A stretch of 64,000 nt of DNA, from the NCBI GenBank assembly GCA_010093745.1, contig MU006006.1, positions 1 through 64,000 on the forward strand, written 5' to 3'. This DNA is from Piedraia hortae CBS 480.64 (lineage: Eukaryota). Positions within the stretch are counted from its first letter, which is position 1; every line of letters begins with the position of its first letter. The translations under genes and the position numbers were made by a program. Below, piece after piece: positions 35,381-46,908 of this stretch. Under the pieces are notes generated by a model, which ran no database searches, was not told the origin of the DNA, and saw only the letters and a list, made by a program, of their open reading frames with translations.

Positions 35381-38300
35381 TTTCTCCGATGACGGAAAGT
35401 ACGGTTCAGTAGGTTATTGTCGCTAGGACTGTCCTGTTCAAGGTTGACGTTATGTTCGGAGGGGCGATGGCAGTGGACAAGGAAGATGACGTCAACCGCC
35501 ACCGTCACGACACCAGTCACTGACGTCATCCGTTAGGTAACATTTTCGGTTGACATTTGACATTTTCTGGAACATGTTCCAGATCAGGGCCCACATCTCG
35601 ATCGTGAAATTTGCATCTTGGTAATTAAGACGCACGTAATCAGGCAGTAATCTTTTAGCATTCAGAATCTTCCGTAGTGTTGTCATTGACCTTTTGAAGA
35701 TGTGTTCGGACCATGGAAGACAATAGGCCAAGGGCATTAAGGATGCATTCATTCCAAATGGCCAGAGTACCACACGACTGCCGTACCCAGTACGAAACCC
35801 AGGCTGGTCCTCCGCTGTGGACACTTATTACACTATCCCGTTTATAATTGCCACATCGAAGACTCTAATAACCATTCCCGTGCATTTTCGGTCTGCAAGT
35901 GAAAGGACAATTGATGCTCACAGACGGAGCGAACTGAACGTGTCTCGACAACCGCATTTCATGGCCGATTCGTGAATTAAACAGAAACGTTGGCATCTTG
36001 CTCGAGTTGCAGACTCCTTCCCCGTGTACTGACAACCGTGCACTACAGACGCACGTTCCAGTAGCAGGCACTTGCTCGGGGCCTTGCAATTTCTTCTCTC
36101 TAGAACACATACCGTGCCTCTTAGTGAGATCGAAAATCTCAACGAGCTTCCACCTCGAATCTTACCCAACTGTTTGCAAGGCTCTCAATCACCTTGTAGT
36201 GCCATTTCCTTCCAGATAGATATACTTTTGATGCAGCCACGTCCCGAGGCCGCTCCAGCACTACGTTAGTGCCATTGGACAGTAAGAGACTTGATGCATA
36301 GCCAACCGTCAAAGTCTTCTCTCCTAAGACGACCCCGCGCTGGGACGAAGCCACGCTACCCTGAGGACGTGAGCATGTACCGCATAGAATCCTTAAGCTT
36401 TGATCCCATGAAGAGTCTCATACGGCTCCTGAATACATTTGTGATGGAGCAAATGCGCTCCCTATGACAAGCTTTATGGACCTGATATGTTAGCTGTCAT
36501 TTCTACATGGGATAGCAATGTGGAACATGAGCTATAGCTCTTGAACGGTGGCTAAGCCCGCGATCCTCCGGTGCTGGGTGTAACATAACAGGCCCCCGGT
36601 AGAAATGAGTCGACTTACCTCCAAAGGGTCGGCTAAACCCCCATTGAGTCAGTCTGACAGGTCGAGTTCGCACTACGAAGGATTCCCTCGGTACAATAAA
36701 CGTGGACAAAATCACCAACACTTCACGGCTGTCCGAATCAGAGTCCTTCGGCGAGAACAATAGAGTCCCAAATAACCTCTCATGCCCAAGTCGAACAAGC
36801 ACGCATTCTTATCTTCCCTCTCAAAGATTTCTGACACACTCTTCCAGCCCTGCAAGCCCGAAATCGAGGGCATAGAAATTGGCGAGATCTAGACTACGAG
36901 ACCTACACGGTCCTAGACAGTCTTCATGAATAAGTATACAGCCTACGCCGAGCCGTCTGAAGCCTATAATTTCTCAAAGAGGCCATGTCTTTTCTGGCGA
37001 CTGGTTTAACTATCATCACACTTGATTGGTTAGTGCTCAACGTTCTAGTGATGGTCATCTATGGAGTTCTCAAGTGGGTGTGGTAAACGGAAATGGAGGG
37101 GCTTATTAATTAGCAGATATGTGGATAGAAGTGTTTGATCATCTTTCCCATCAAGTTGGGGTGTTCGGATCCTTGACTCGATTGCTTTGTAAGATGAAGA
37201 TCAGACACCAGCCCTTAACCAAAGATCCTTCCTCGGAACTTGATGGCACAAAGTGTAGATACAGAGTGGCACATTATGAGCGTTGACCCCCTGAACCCTT
37301 ACCCTACAGTGGAAACGAGAAAGACCCAGCAATTCCGGAAACCTGGTAAGACGGACCGGGCCTGTCCAGCTGGGGATTCCAGACAAAAATCATCACATGA
37401 CTCATCGGTCCCGAATTTCCGGTGATGACGGATCCACCTACACCGCACACTTTCTGGAACATTTCACCATCATCACCTTTGCCTCCACAACAATCACAAA
37501 ACTTCACCCCAAGTTTAACGCGCGGGTTCAAGACCAACAACCAAATCCAATCCACAACCCCCAGAATTAACGCATGGGCTCAAGAACCCGAACAACAAAA
37601 GTCACAGTCACTCAAGGCTCGAGAGAAACGTCAGCGGGCTCAAGACTCCCAAAAGAGACAGTCACAACCGCCAAAGCCTAGCAACTAATCAACGGACACA
37701 AGAACGTCAACAAATTAAACCAGGGAAAAAAAACGAAGAATTTCCGACACAATGCCAGACGCTCTCCCCACGGGACGAATCGTCCTCCTTGCACTTTTTG
37801 AATAGGTGGTAATGCTAGCGATCACCCTATTGTATGGCCTATTCCTCTTGGTGGCCTTTGGCTATGTTCTCAAGTGGACGTATAAGACCGAGCAAAGGAC
37901 TTTTCCTGAGTGGTAACAGCGATTTTCGCCTAGTATATAAATATAATGGCGAGAAGAAGAAGTCTTGTCGGACGGGGTTCTTGGCGAGGAGTTCTATCTC
38001 CCCGATCCTAGCTTCTGTACGACATTTATGCAGGAAGCGATTGATTTCTTTCGAGGTAAACCCTCTCATGCTCCTGGGCGGCACCTGTCCCTCTGATTCC
38101 TTGGTTTAGGTTGGAAAAATGTTGTGTGGATGGCGAGCAATAGCTTAGCTTCTTTTCACGTTTCGTTGCCTTTACTCCATTGCGCTCTCTCCTACCCATC
38201 GTCCGTCTCGTCACCCTCACCACTCTACTCAGTCTCCCTCCCCCACTATTCCATGTTCCTCTCCCAGATAAGTCACATAAAATTATTCACAGTCTATCCT

Positions 38301-39078
38301 TCACCGCGAAGGGAATCATTTTATTTAATTGCTGACTTTGCAGCAATCATTGCGTTTTATTTACCTCTCCCCTACCCTCCAGTGAATAAATCCCGTCCAA
38401 AGGAGCATTCCAACAAGTGCATCGTGAAACACTTGGACACTGGAAGGCGGAGTAGAAACTGATGCACTGACTGCAGCCAGTTGATAATGCTGTAGTGCTG
38501 GTCCAGAACTGAACCGTCGTTCATAATCATCCTCTTGACGTGGTTAATGGGCTCCCAATGGCAGGTGTCATAGAGATGTAATATCAGCTGTAACCCAAAG
38601 ATGGGATAGACGGAACCAAGACGGACTTGTCAAGCTTTCGGACACTTAGGGTATGACCGGTCCTCGACAGGAACGGCTTCTCAGCTCCAGAGCAGTGGCT
38701 AAGCCTTATTGATGGCTTTCCAACCGAGTATTTTGTGGTCCCCGAATCCCAGGACTGTGTTTCACACCGTTCCTCCGTGCCCATCCGTGCACAGTACACT
38801 ACGCACTGACCACTACAAAGACGCTATGTGCCAATACCCTAGAGTAACGCATCTAAAAGCTAACTTGTTCCGAGGCTATACTTCACCTGTCAAGCCAATC
38901 TGACAGCTCTAGCTCGCATTACAGAAGTTCCCCCCAATACCGAGGACTAGGATGCCAACAACAATTCCAGACCCCTTTCTAAATTTCACGAAGCCAACGA
39001 CCTGCGACGGAACCCTCCAGCGAGAATAACATACAGTCTCAATCAGTCACCAACAACCAAACCAAACAATCACACATC

Positions 39079-39330
39079 ATGTCTTCCCTCTATAAGATGT
39101 CATACACACTCTTACAATCCCGCAAGGCCGAAATCGAGGACATGGAGCTCGGCAAGATGACCATTACAAGAACAATACGCCCTTTCTCTCGCCTAAAGGA
39201 CACGTACACCACCTACACTGAGACGTCACGAGTATACAGAGTGCTCAAGCTGCTTCTGTTCTATATGACAGTTCTCGTTTTGTTTTTCACAGCTTTTTGC
39301 GTAGGTTGGATGCACTCATTCTGGTTGTAA
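39079..39330 (+). CDS. Putative small orphan membrane protein (83 aa, one C-terminal TM helix)
   Basis: C/A-rich leader ending CACATCATG; hydrophobic VLKLLLFYMTVLVLFFTAFCVGW. No family recognised. Confidence 0.35.
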   Translation: MSSLYKMSYTLLQSRKAEIEDMELGKMTITRTIRPFSRLKDTYTTYTETSRVYRVLKLLLFYMTVLVLFFTAFCVGWMHSFWL

Positions 39331-40690
39331 ACGGGGCTTTTGCATTGCTGAACGCCGTAATGGGTTCGTAGTTGTGCGTGGAGCTGTGATGGGAAATTTA
39401 TCATAGTTTGCATGCTATAGAGGAGGGTCGACATCCCTTGAATGGATGCTTATCGAGACAGGAACGCATCTTTTTCGCACAGAATTAGCAGTGTAATTAC
39501 AAGGATGAGAAACACCCTTACCCTACTCTAACCGTGGGGAACGATTCGTAATACGACTCATTGATGATCCCGAAAATGTGGTATTGACAGCAGATCCAAG
39601 TCTAGACCACACAAACACCCCTCCATAACAACAACCACAACAGCCAACCCCAGAAGCAACTCAGGGACTCAACAATTCGATACAATAAGCCAAGAACAAA
39701 CCCAAAGATCAATGCACAGCAACTCCAAGCGCTCAAGACATTCAACCTAACAGAAGCAAATGCTCTCCCCTCTCCTCTCCCCGGTGCCTAGCAACGACCC
39801 CTCCCCTCGGCCCGCGTATCCCTTCTCAACAGGGTGGTAGAATGGATCATCGCGGCAGCGATCATACTCGTATGCGGCAGCCTCCTTATCGTCTTCTGGT
39901 GCTACACCATGATCTTGATGTTTCGGGTTAATAAGTGATTTTTTTTCCCGCATGATTCAAAGGAAGGGAGGGAGATGTTTTGTGGGAGAGCGGAAAGGAA
40001 TCGTAGAATAACGTATACATTTCCTCTCAGAGAATTTCATATTCAGGCTGGGGTTTGTTTCAACATTTTATCTGGCTTATTTGCTCAAGCCCCATTTGAT
40101 GCAGACGTTGTTGTTGAGAAGTGTCAGTGCCATACTTCGGCCTGATAACAAAGACTATACAATGAAAAATCCTGCATAGCAAAATGCCCAAAGAGCATAA
40201 TAAAGAGGACAGTGGGGCAATGGAGTGATATTTGAGACTGTCTGAACAAAGAAGCTACTTGGTATATAAGCTCGCTGCTGAACATCAGAGAATACAACTC
40301 TGTTAAAAACTCAATCTTCAGAACGATTACGCTACGCAACAACTGTCTTCCAACAGGCGTTGTATCTCGCCCTTCCTCACTCGCCCTCCCCCTACTCAGT
40401 TCGCCTCAGCGCACACCCACTCCCAAAACCATTTCCGCCCTTCCACCACTTGCCCTCCACCACTCGCCCTTCCATCCCTATCCCTATCCCCCGCAGCCTT
40501 CCTTCCCCTCTTACCATCATACCACCCGCATCTTCATCCATCCCCTCTCCACCCGCGTCACCAATCCCCCCTCATCTGGCCTTGATTCCCCCTCCAGAGC
40601 CCCAAAATCAGAGATCCGCCATAATCTTGATAGAAATCCTCTCATCTAAGACGTGTCTGAGCCATTGGTTTTGCAGAGGTCTCAAAGAGC

Positions 40691-40756
40691 GTTATCTGAG
40701 CCTACGGGGTTATAACCCGTGTTATCTGAGGTTATAACCCCATAGGCTCAGATAAC
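40691..40756. repeat. 27-bp near-perfect inverted repeat with 12-bp spacer
   Basis: gttatctgagcctacggggttataacc / ggttataaccccataggctcagataac, one mismatch. Confidence 0.9.
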
Positions 40757-41069
40757 AGGGTTATACTTTCGAAGGCTCAAGCAGGGTTTTTCCATGACGA
40801 CTTCTATTTGGTGAGTTGCAGACGTATGAGTCTGGGTATTGTGCACAAAGGGGATAAGTTGTCTTCTTGGGTGCACCGCCCATCTTTAATGAGGGAGGTT
40901 TCTGGTTCGTGCTCGGTGAATTCATTTAAAAATCTTATCTAATCGCTTCCCAACTCACCTCATCTGTCACTGCATCTAATAACCTCCCAACTCCCCCATA
41001 ATCTCCAAGACTGACAGCAGAAGAACAGTTAAGAATGCACTGTTACAAATACATATTCTACCCTATCCA

Positions 41070-44000
41070 TTATTCACTCGAAAGATAATCGACCGCTTTG
41101 TTGATGTCCTATTTTGCGTTAGCATCCCAACCCACTGCAAAGCCTCCCGCTCCTTTACCCACTGGGGATGTCATAGACTCACATAATCGCACTTCTCCAA
41201 CGCACTTAGCGCCTTCTGTCTCGGGAATCCCATTCCCGTTAGCCTTTTGAGGATCGGATCATCATGTTCCGTGCCGGGGGAGATTGCTCTGCCTGATACC
41301 TGTCTCTCACCCTGTCTACCGTTACTCTGGGGGGCGGCAGGTGTATTTTCCCAGGGATCGCTCTGCTGTGCCGTTTGCTTTGACTGTTGATGGGCTACGT
41401 CGTCTTTTGTACTGGAGGCCGTACCCCACGGATCGGCAGATTTTGCAGTAGATGTATTCCACGGATCGAGCGCCAAGGGGGTGGAAGATTGTTTCTGGTC
41501 GAATCCCGAGAAGATTTCGTCCCAGTCGTTTCCGCCTTGGGTGGTTTTTTCGGTTGGGGGCTTGGTAAATGGACTTCCGCCTGCGTTGGTTGATGCAAAA
41601 GGACTCCCGGAGTGTGTTCCCCCAAAGGTGTTGTTCCAGTCCTGTCTTGGCGTTTGGTGGGTTGTGCCCGCTGTTACAGGAGAATCGAAACTGTTTAGGT
41701 CAATGGGGTCGGTTTCAAATGCTGAGGGTTCGGTGCCTTCGGCTTCTTTGGCTTCGGCTAAATCGTTGAAGTCGTCGAATTCGTCAAAGCCGGACGACGG
41801 TTTGGGAGCAGCTGCTCGTTGAGTTTCGCTTGCAGCTGGATTGCCAGCAGCAAGACTACTGCCACCGTGACCGATATTGTCAAGACCGCTGCTTACAGCA
41901 GGACCGGCGCCGTAGTTGACGTTTGCAAGGCCAGTGGCACTGCCTATGCCTCCGACAGCACTGTAATTAACATCACCGGGGCCGCTTCCGCTGACTACAC
42001 CGTTGCCATTACCCGCGCGGGGCTGTGAAGATGCATCGTGAAACACGTCGGCGCTGGAAGGGGTGGTAGGGAAGGAAGCACCGGCTGCAGAGGGCTGCTG
42101 ATGCTGTGGAGTTGGTTCGGGCGAGTGTAGTTTCTCACCAACAGGTGGAGTGTAGGTTCGCTGAGGAAGGGAGGCCAATCCGGCATCGTTTGATAAAGCC
42201 TGGCCCGGCTTCACTTCCTCGCCGTCATTCGCATTGGCAGCGGGAAAGGGGAACGCTCCATGTGCCCCAGTGGGGTTATACGGCATGAACTCAGAGCGGG
42301 TATTAAACTCTGTGGGTTCACCACGAGCATTAGATGCGGCATTTCCACTGGGAGCATTAGATGGCGTAATCCCACCGTGGATATTACTCTCCGAGATTCT
42401 ACGTTGAGCAGTAGTCTCTGTCAGTCCACCGTGAGAAGCAGACTCTGTCGATCCACCGCGTGCAGTGGACTCAGGAACTCCACTGCTGGCCACATTGCTG
42501 GTGTGGCCACCCTTCCCATCCTCATCATCGCTACTATCCTCGTCAGGCTCAAGCGTCTGCATCGGCGGAAATTCACTAGAAGCAGCCACGGGTTTTTGAT
42601 GTCCAGGGACCGAAGACTCAAATCCGCCGGGAACGGAAGACGGCGCTGGAGTTGCTCTCCTGCTGGGCGTCTGGAAACCAGCTCTGCTTGCTGGCGGCAC
42701 AACGGCCGTGGAGCTGGCGGTATCACTTCCAGCAGGCTGGTGACTTGCAACGGGCAGCTGCGAAGATGTAAACTGCTTGCTCGCAGGCGGAGGCGGCGGT
42801 TCACTTGACTCGGAGTATTCCTGGGCCTTGGAACTGTCAGAAACGCTGCGATTCGCAGACTCAACGTTTAGCTGAGGCGTGGAAGTGCCGCTGCGAGAAG
42901 CAAACGCGCCGGGAGGACCAAAAAGGGCATCAAAGGCATTCTGGTTGGGACCGGTTGCCGTAGGACTGAGAGCACTCTGGGCGTCGGGACTCTTAACCCC
43001 AGGACCCTTAAAGAAGGGGTTTGTCGAGCTGCCGCTGCCGGAGCGACTCTTCACGGCTTGAACTCCTCCAAAAGCAGCGGCACCCAGACCGGCTCCAATG
43101 GCCACGTCTCTCCCCAGATGACTGCTTTCTTCAGTTTCGGGTGCCGTTTTTGCCGTCTCCAGTTCTCCCTGCAACCGATCGCGCTCCGCCTCATTCGTGG
43201 CCAACTGCTTCTTGTTAATACTGACAAGACCCTTTTGCTGCCTCGCGTCGAGCTTCATCTTTTCAATCTCCGGCTTTAACCTCGCAATTTCAGAATTCAT
43301 CTGGCTGATTTTCTGCTTCAAACTGGCGTTCTCCTGCCGATCAGCCTGGAGCTGCTGGGAAATGGTCTGATGTTGCGTCTGCAGGTCCTGAAGACTGGCC
43401 TCCAGCATGGCAGCCTCCTGGTCGAGCTTCTTCGTACTGGCTTTGGACTCTGCAAGCTGCGTCTGAAGCTCCTTGACGGTGCGCACCTCCTGCTCGTACT
43501 GGGCGCGGAACTGCTGCAGACGCTGCTCCAGAGCCACCTTTTGGTTATTTGTCGACGCGAGATCGGTCTGGGCCCTGTTCTTCTCCGTCTGTGTAGACTC
43601 CATTTGCGTGCGAAGGTTGCCGATTTGGCTGGACATGTTTGCAAGCTCAGTAGTCTCGTTTGTGATTTTGCTGCTTTCTGCCTTTTGCGTCTCGTCGTCT
43701 CCGAGTAAATCCTCGTTCATGGACGACTGGTTCAGATGCGATTGGCCATAGGGTTGGAAGCCTCGCTGGCCCGAGGTTGCGGAATCGCCCGTGTGTTGAA
43801 TAGCCATGCCAAACGCAGACGAAGGCATAAACGGCTTGAACATGCCCGAATGTTGCGGTTGAAGCGGCTGCTGCGACTGTGACTGTGACTGTAAGGGCTG
43901 AGCGGTGACGGGACTGCTTGGAACGCTGCTGAACGGATCGAGCGCCGACGCTCCCGTTGCTTGCGGCTGCAACGCCCCCGTAGATTGCGGCTGCAGCGAT

Positions 44001-45273
44001 CGTGTTGGGACGTCCAGCTCAAACAGATCATCAGCCGCGGATTTGGGGGCGGGGGGCGCAACAAATGAGGGCGCGGTAGACTGCGCGGGCTGCTGTTGCT
44101 GCTGCCTCAGGCTGGGCGGAACAAGGGCAGGAGGCAGAAAAGACGGCAGAGCAGGAGGATTGGGCGCCCGCTGCTGCCGCAACAGATACATGGCCACAGC
44201 AAACTCGTCCTTGTCCAGATTCCCGTCACTGTTGATGTCTGCCAGATCCCAGATGGACGCCAGAGTGTCTTCGGGCAGCTGCGACTTGGAGAAAAACTGC
44301 ACAGCCTGGTCGCCGCCAATGACTCCATGGTTTGCAGTATCGATTGTGCTGAATATCTGATCAGAGTGCGCCTTTTCCTGGGGCGAAATCTGCCAGGACG
44401 GACTGGCCAGCGGTCGCGACAGCGGGCTCTGCGTTCTCGGCGGAGCATTGATTGCACCGCCGGTAAACTGTCGGGGTATCGCACTCGGAGCCGCTGCACC
44501 GCTGCCCCGACTCGGCGGGGGGGCGCCCCTTCTGGCGGCAGCATCGTATAGGCCCTGAGGCAAAACAGTCGGCAGGGCCGGCATCGCGCGCGACTTCATA
44601 CTCATCAGCAGATGCATGGCGACGATAAACTCGGTCTGATCTACGGCGCCCCTTTGCTCCCTGTCGGCCAGGGTCCATATCCGGCCAAGAAGATCGTTGG
44701 GAAGACCAGCGCGCTCAAAGATCGGCTTTGCCGTGGCGCCATCTAGCAGACCATTGCGCGCACCAGATCTATCAAACACGCCCGCGTACTGCTGAGCCTT
44801 GGCTGGCTCTAGCGGCGGCACCCGGATCGGCCCCGAGAACTGCGGCTGCAGCGGCGGAAAGGCGGCGGCGGTGGGACTCGTCGTTTGGCCAGGCACTTGG
44901 AGCCCCTCGAACTTGGGAATGGGAGCCGGGCGGAAGGCAAGGTCCTTGGAAGGCTGGCGGCCGGCCTGGTAATGTCCAATCAGGCGCACCACCATGCAGA
45001 ATCCGGGCTGCGTCAACAGGCCGCGGTTCTCGGTGTCGACAATCTGCCAGATCTCGCCCAAGATATTCGTCGGTACGCGCGTGCGCTCGAAGAAGCCGAC
45101 GGCATGCTCGCCCGTCACCACGCCCAGCTGGTCGCTGTCGGCCTGGGCAAAGAGATAGCCGAACGCGCGCTTTTCCTGATCCGTCAGGTTCAGAGCCGCT
45201 TTGCCTGGAGAATTCAGCCATGTAAAATAGGATATAGCACGCGCAGAGACTTACTGTCGCTGGGTTCGGGCAT
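41070..45273 (-). CDS. EDE1: EH-domain endocytic scaffold (3 EH + coiled coil + UBA)
   Basis: Exons 45273-45255, 45204-41183, 41108-41070. EH repeats (LGEIWQIVD, LGRIWTLAD, LASIWDLAD); coiled coil; NPF; UBA LTGMGFPRQKALSALEKCDYDINKAVDYL. Confidence 0.9.
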
Positions 45274-45396
45274 CTTCGCTGTTCCCGTTGTTGCGGTGAC
45301 AGACGGGTGAGCTTGGGGTGACGTCGGGCCCCTTTGGTTAATGGTGGCTGAATATTTGATTGAGACATTACCTGCTACTCTTACATGATTGGCTAA

Positions 45397-46110
45397 TCAC
45401 ACAGGGTTGACAGACGGCTCTGGCCGCCCCACCATCTGTGACAGCAGCCAGTCCGTCACCGAAATCACCTTCATGCGGTCGTAGTGTTTGCTTTCCTCGG
45501 CGTGCTCGATGACATGAGTTCCTATCCGTCCGTCCTCGTCAAATGTGAAGATGAAGATTCCCGTAAACTCGTCCTTGTCTGGTCCGATTTCCCTCGCTCG
45601 TCCACTCGTCCTCCACTTGACCACCAGCCGCTCCCCTCCCTTAGATCCAAATGCGTTCTGCTTGATAAGCTGCTCCGATAGGATAGACAGCCGCACGTTG
45701 CCCACAAGTGGCACGCGTCCCCACGCCATTGGAGCTGTGCAGAGAGCGGCGGTATAGGCGAGGCGTCCACGTACTGCCGGAAGATGCGGGTGTGTAGATG
45801 GAAATAATCGGAGCTCGACTTGGGCATTCAGGATGTCAGCCGGAAGCGACGACTGTAGGACTGTCGGCAGCCGCTTGTGCAGTGTCCTCACTGTGTCGCC
45901 AAACTGGAGCGCGCGCGGGTTGAATGGAGGTTTATGGGGATCATCATAGTCGAAAATGGTGCGCGAGAAGAATAGCGGCTCGTATTTGTACGAATTGAGC
46001 GTTGGTAGAGGGTGAGGATGAGTGTCGATGATGAGCCGTGGCGGTAGACCAGGGTTTCCAATGGTGTAGCGGTAGAGACTTAGCGCTCGTTGCGGACGTA
46101 GAGATCCCAT
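45397..46110 (-). CDS. Conserved fungal protein, probably MMU163/Mco32-like mitochondrial family
   Basis: GDTVRTLHKRLPTVLQ..LPADIL..VELRLFPSTHPHLPAVRGRLAY...FTGIFIFTFDEDGRIGTHVIE. Family recalled, not searched. Confidence 0.65.
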   Translation of the reverse strand: MGSLRPQRALSLYRYTIGNPGLPPRLIIDTHPHPLPTLNSYKYEPLFFSRTIFDYDDPHKPPFNPRALQFGDTVRTLHKRLPTVLQSSLPADILNAQVELRLFPSTHPHLPAVRGRLAYTAALCTAPMAWGRVPLVGNVRLSILSEQLIKQNAFGSKGGERLVVKWRTSGRAREIGPDKDEFTGIFIFTFDEDGRIGTHVIEHAEESKHYDRMKVISVTDWLLSQMVGRPEPSVNPV

Positions 46111-46324
46111 TGAGGTTTGTGGACTTGATCAGTTGTCATGATACGTTTAGGGAAGTTGTTGACAGTGTCAAGATGGTTGGCGCACTGATGGAAAAAAGGA
46201 ATGACACATGTCCAGACCTCTACCATCTACTTCGACGACGTGATTTCGCCATGATGGACTGCTACCTTGATGACTGTGCGTTGACGTATATGAGTCTACC
46301 TTAAATCTACCTTGATGGACTGCG

Positions 46325-46792
46325 TCATGTGGACAAACAGTCCAGCACCAAACCCACCACCTCGTCGAACCCCTCCTTGTCCATAGCCCCATCCAGTCCC
46401 ATCCCAACCACCAAAAGCCTCCCATCCTTGGGATCCTTTACTAACAACGCCGTAGCAAGATTAACCGCCAGCGTCTGCGCAACCATTTCATCCTCCCTCT
46501 TCGTCCCACCTAGCACCGTCGTTGCAGTCAGACTCAACCTTGGCAATAGCACATTTTCCCCTTTTGCCGATAGCGACAAATCCTCTACCAGACCCGTAGC
46601 CGCAGCTTCTCCCGTGCTGCTATACGAAAGCGGAACATGGACCCACAATGAGAGCTTGTCATTCTGCGTAATCGTGATGAGGAGTTTGTCGCTAAACGAC
46701 AGCGTAGTCACCGTCGTAGCCTTGTCTTTTACGCTCCCAGCAACTGTTCTCGAGCGTGCTGGAAACGGCTCCTCTTGGGCCGCCTCCGCCAT
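46325..46792 (-). CDS. Proteasome assembly chaperone 3 (PAC3/Irc25-like)
   Basis: PFPARSRT..TVTTLSFSDKLLITITQNDKLSLWVHVPL..TATTVLGG..RLLVVGMGL. Confidence 0.75.
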   Translation of the reverse strand: MAEAAQEEPFPARSRTVAGSVKDKATTVTTLSFSDKLLITITQNDKLSLWVHVPLSYSSTGEAAATGLVEDLSLSAKGENVLLPRLSLTATTVLGGTKREDEMVAQTLAVNLATALLVKDPKDGRLLVVGMGLDGAMDKEGFDEVVGLVLDCLST

Positions 46793-46908
46793 GGTCTGAA
46801 TTTCTGTGCGATTTGCGGTTGTCAAAACGGGACGGGACGACCCGGTACAGAGTACGAACATTGTGGGGTCCAACTTATTTTCGATTAGACAGAACATTTT
46901 TAGCCATA

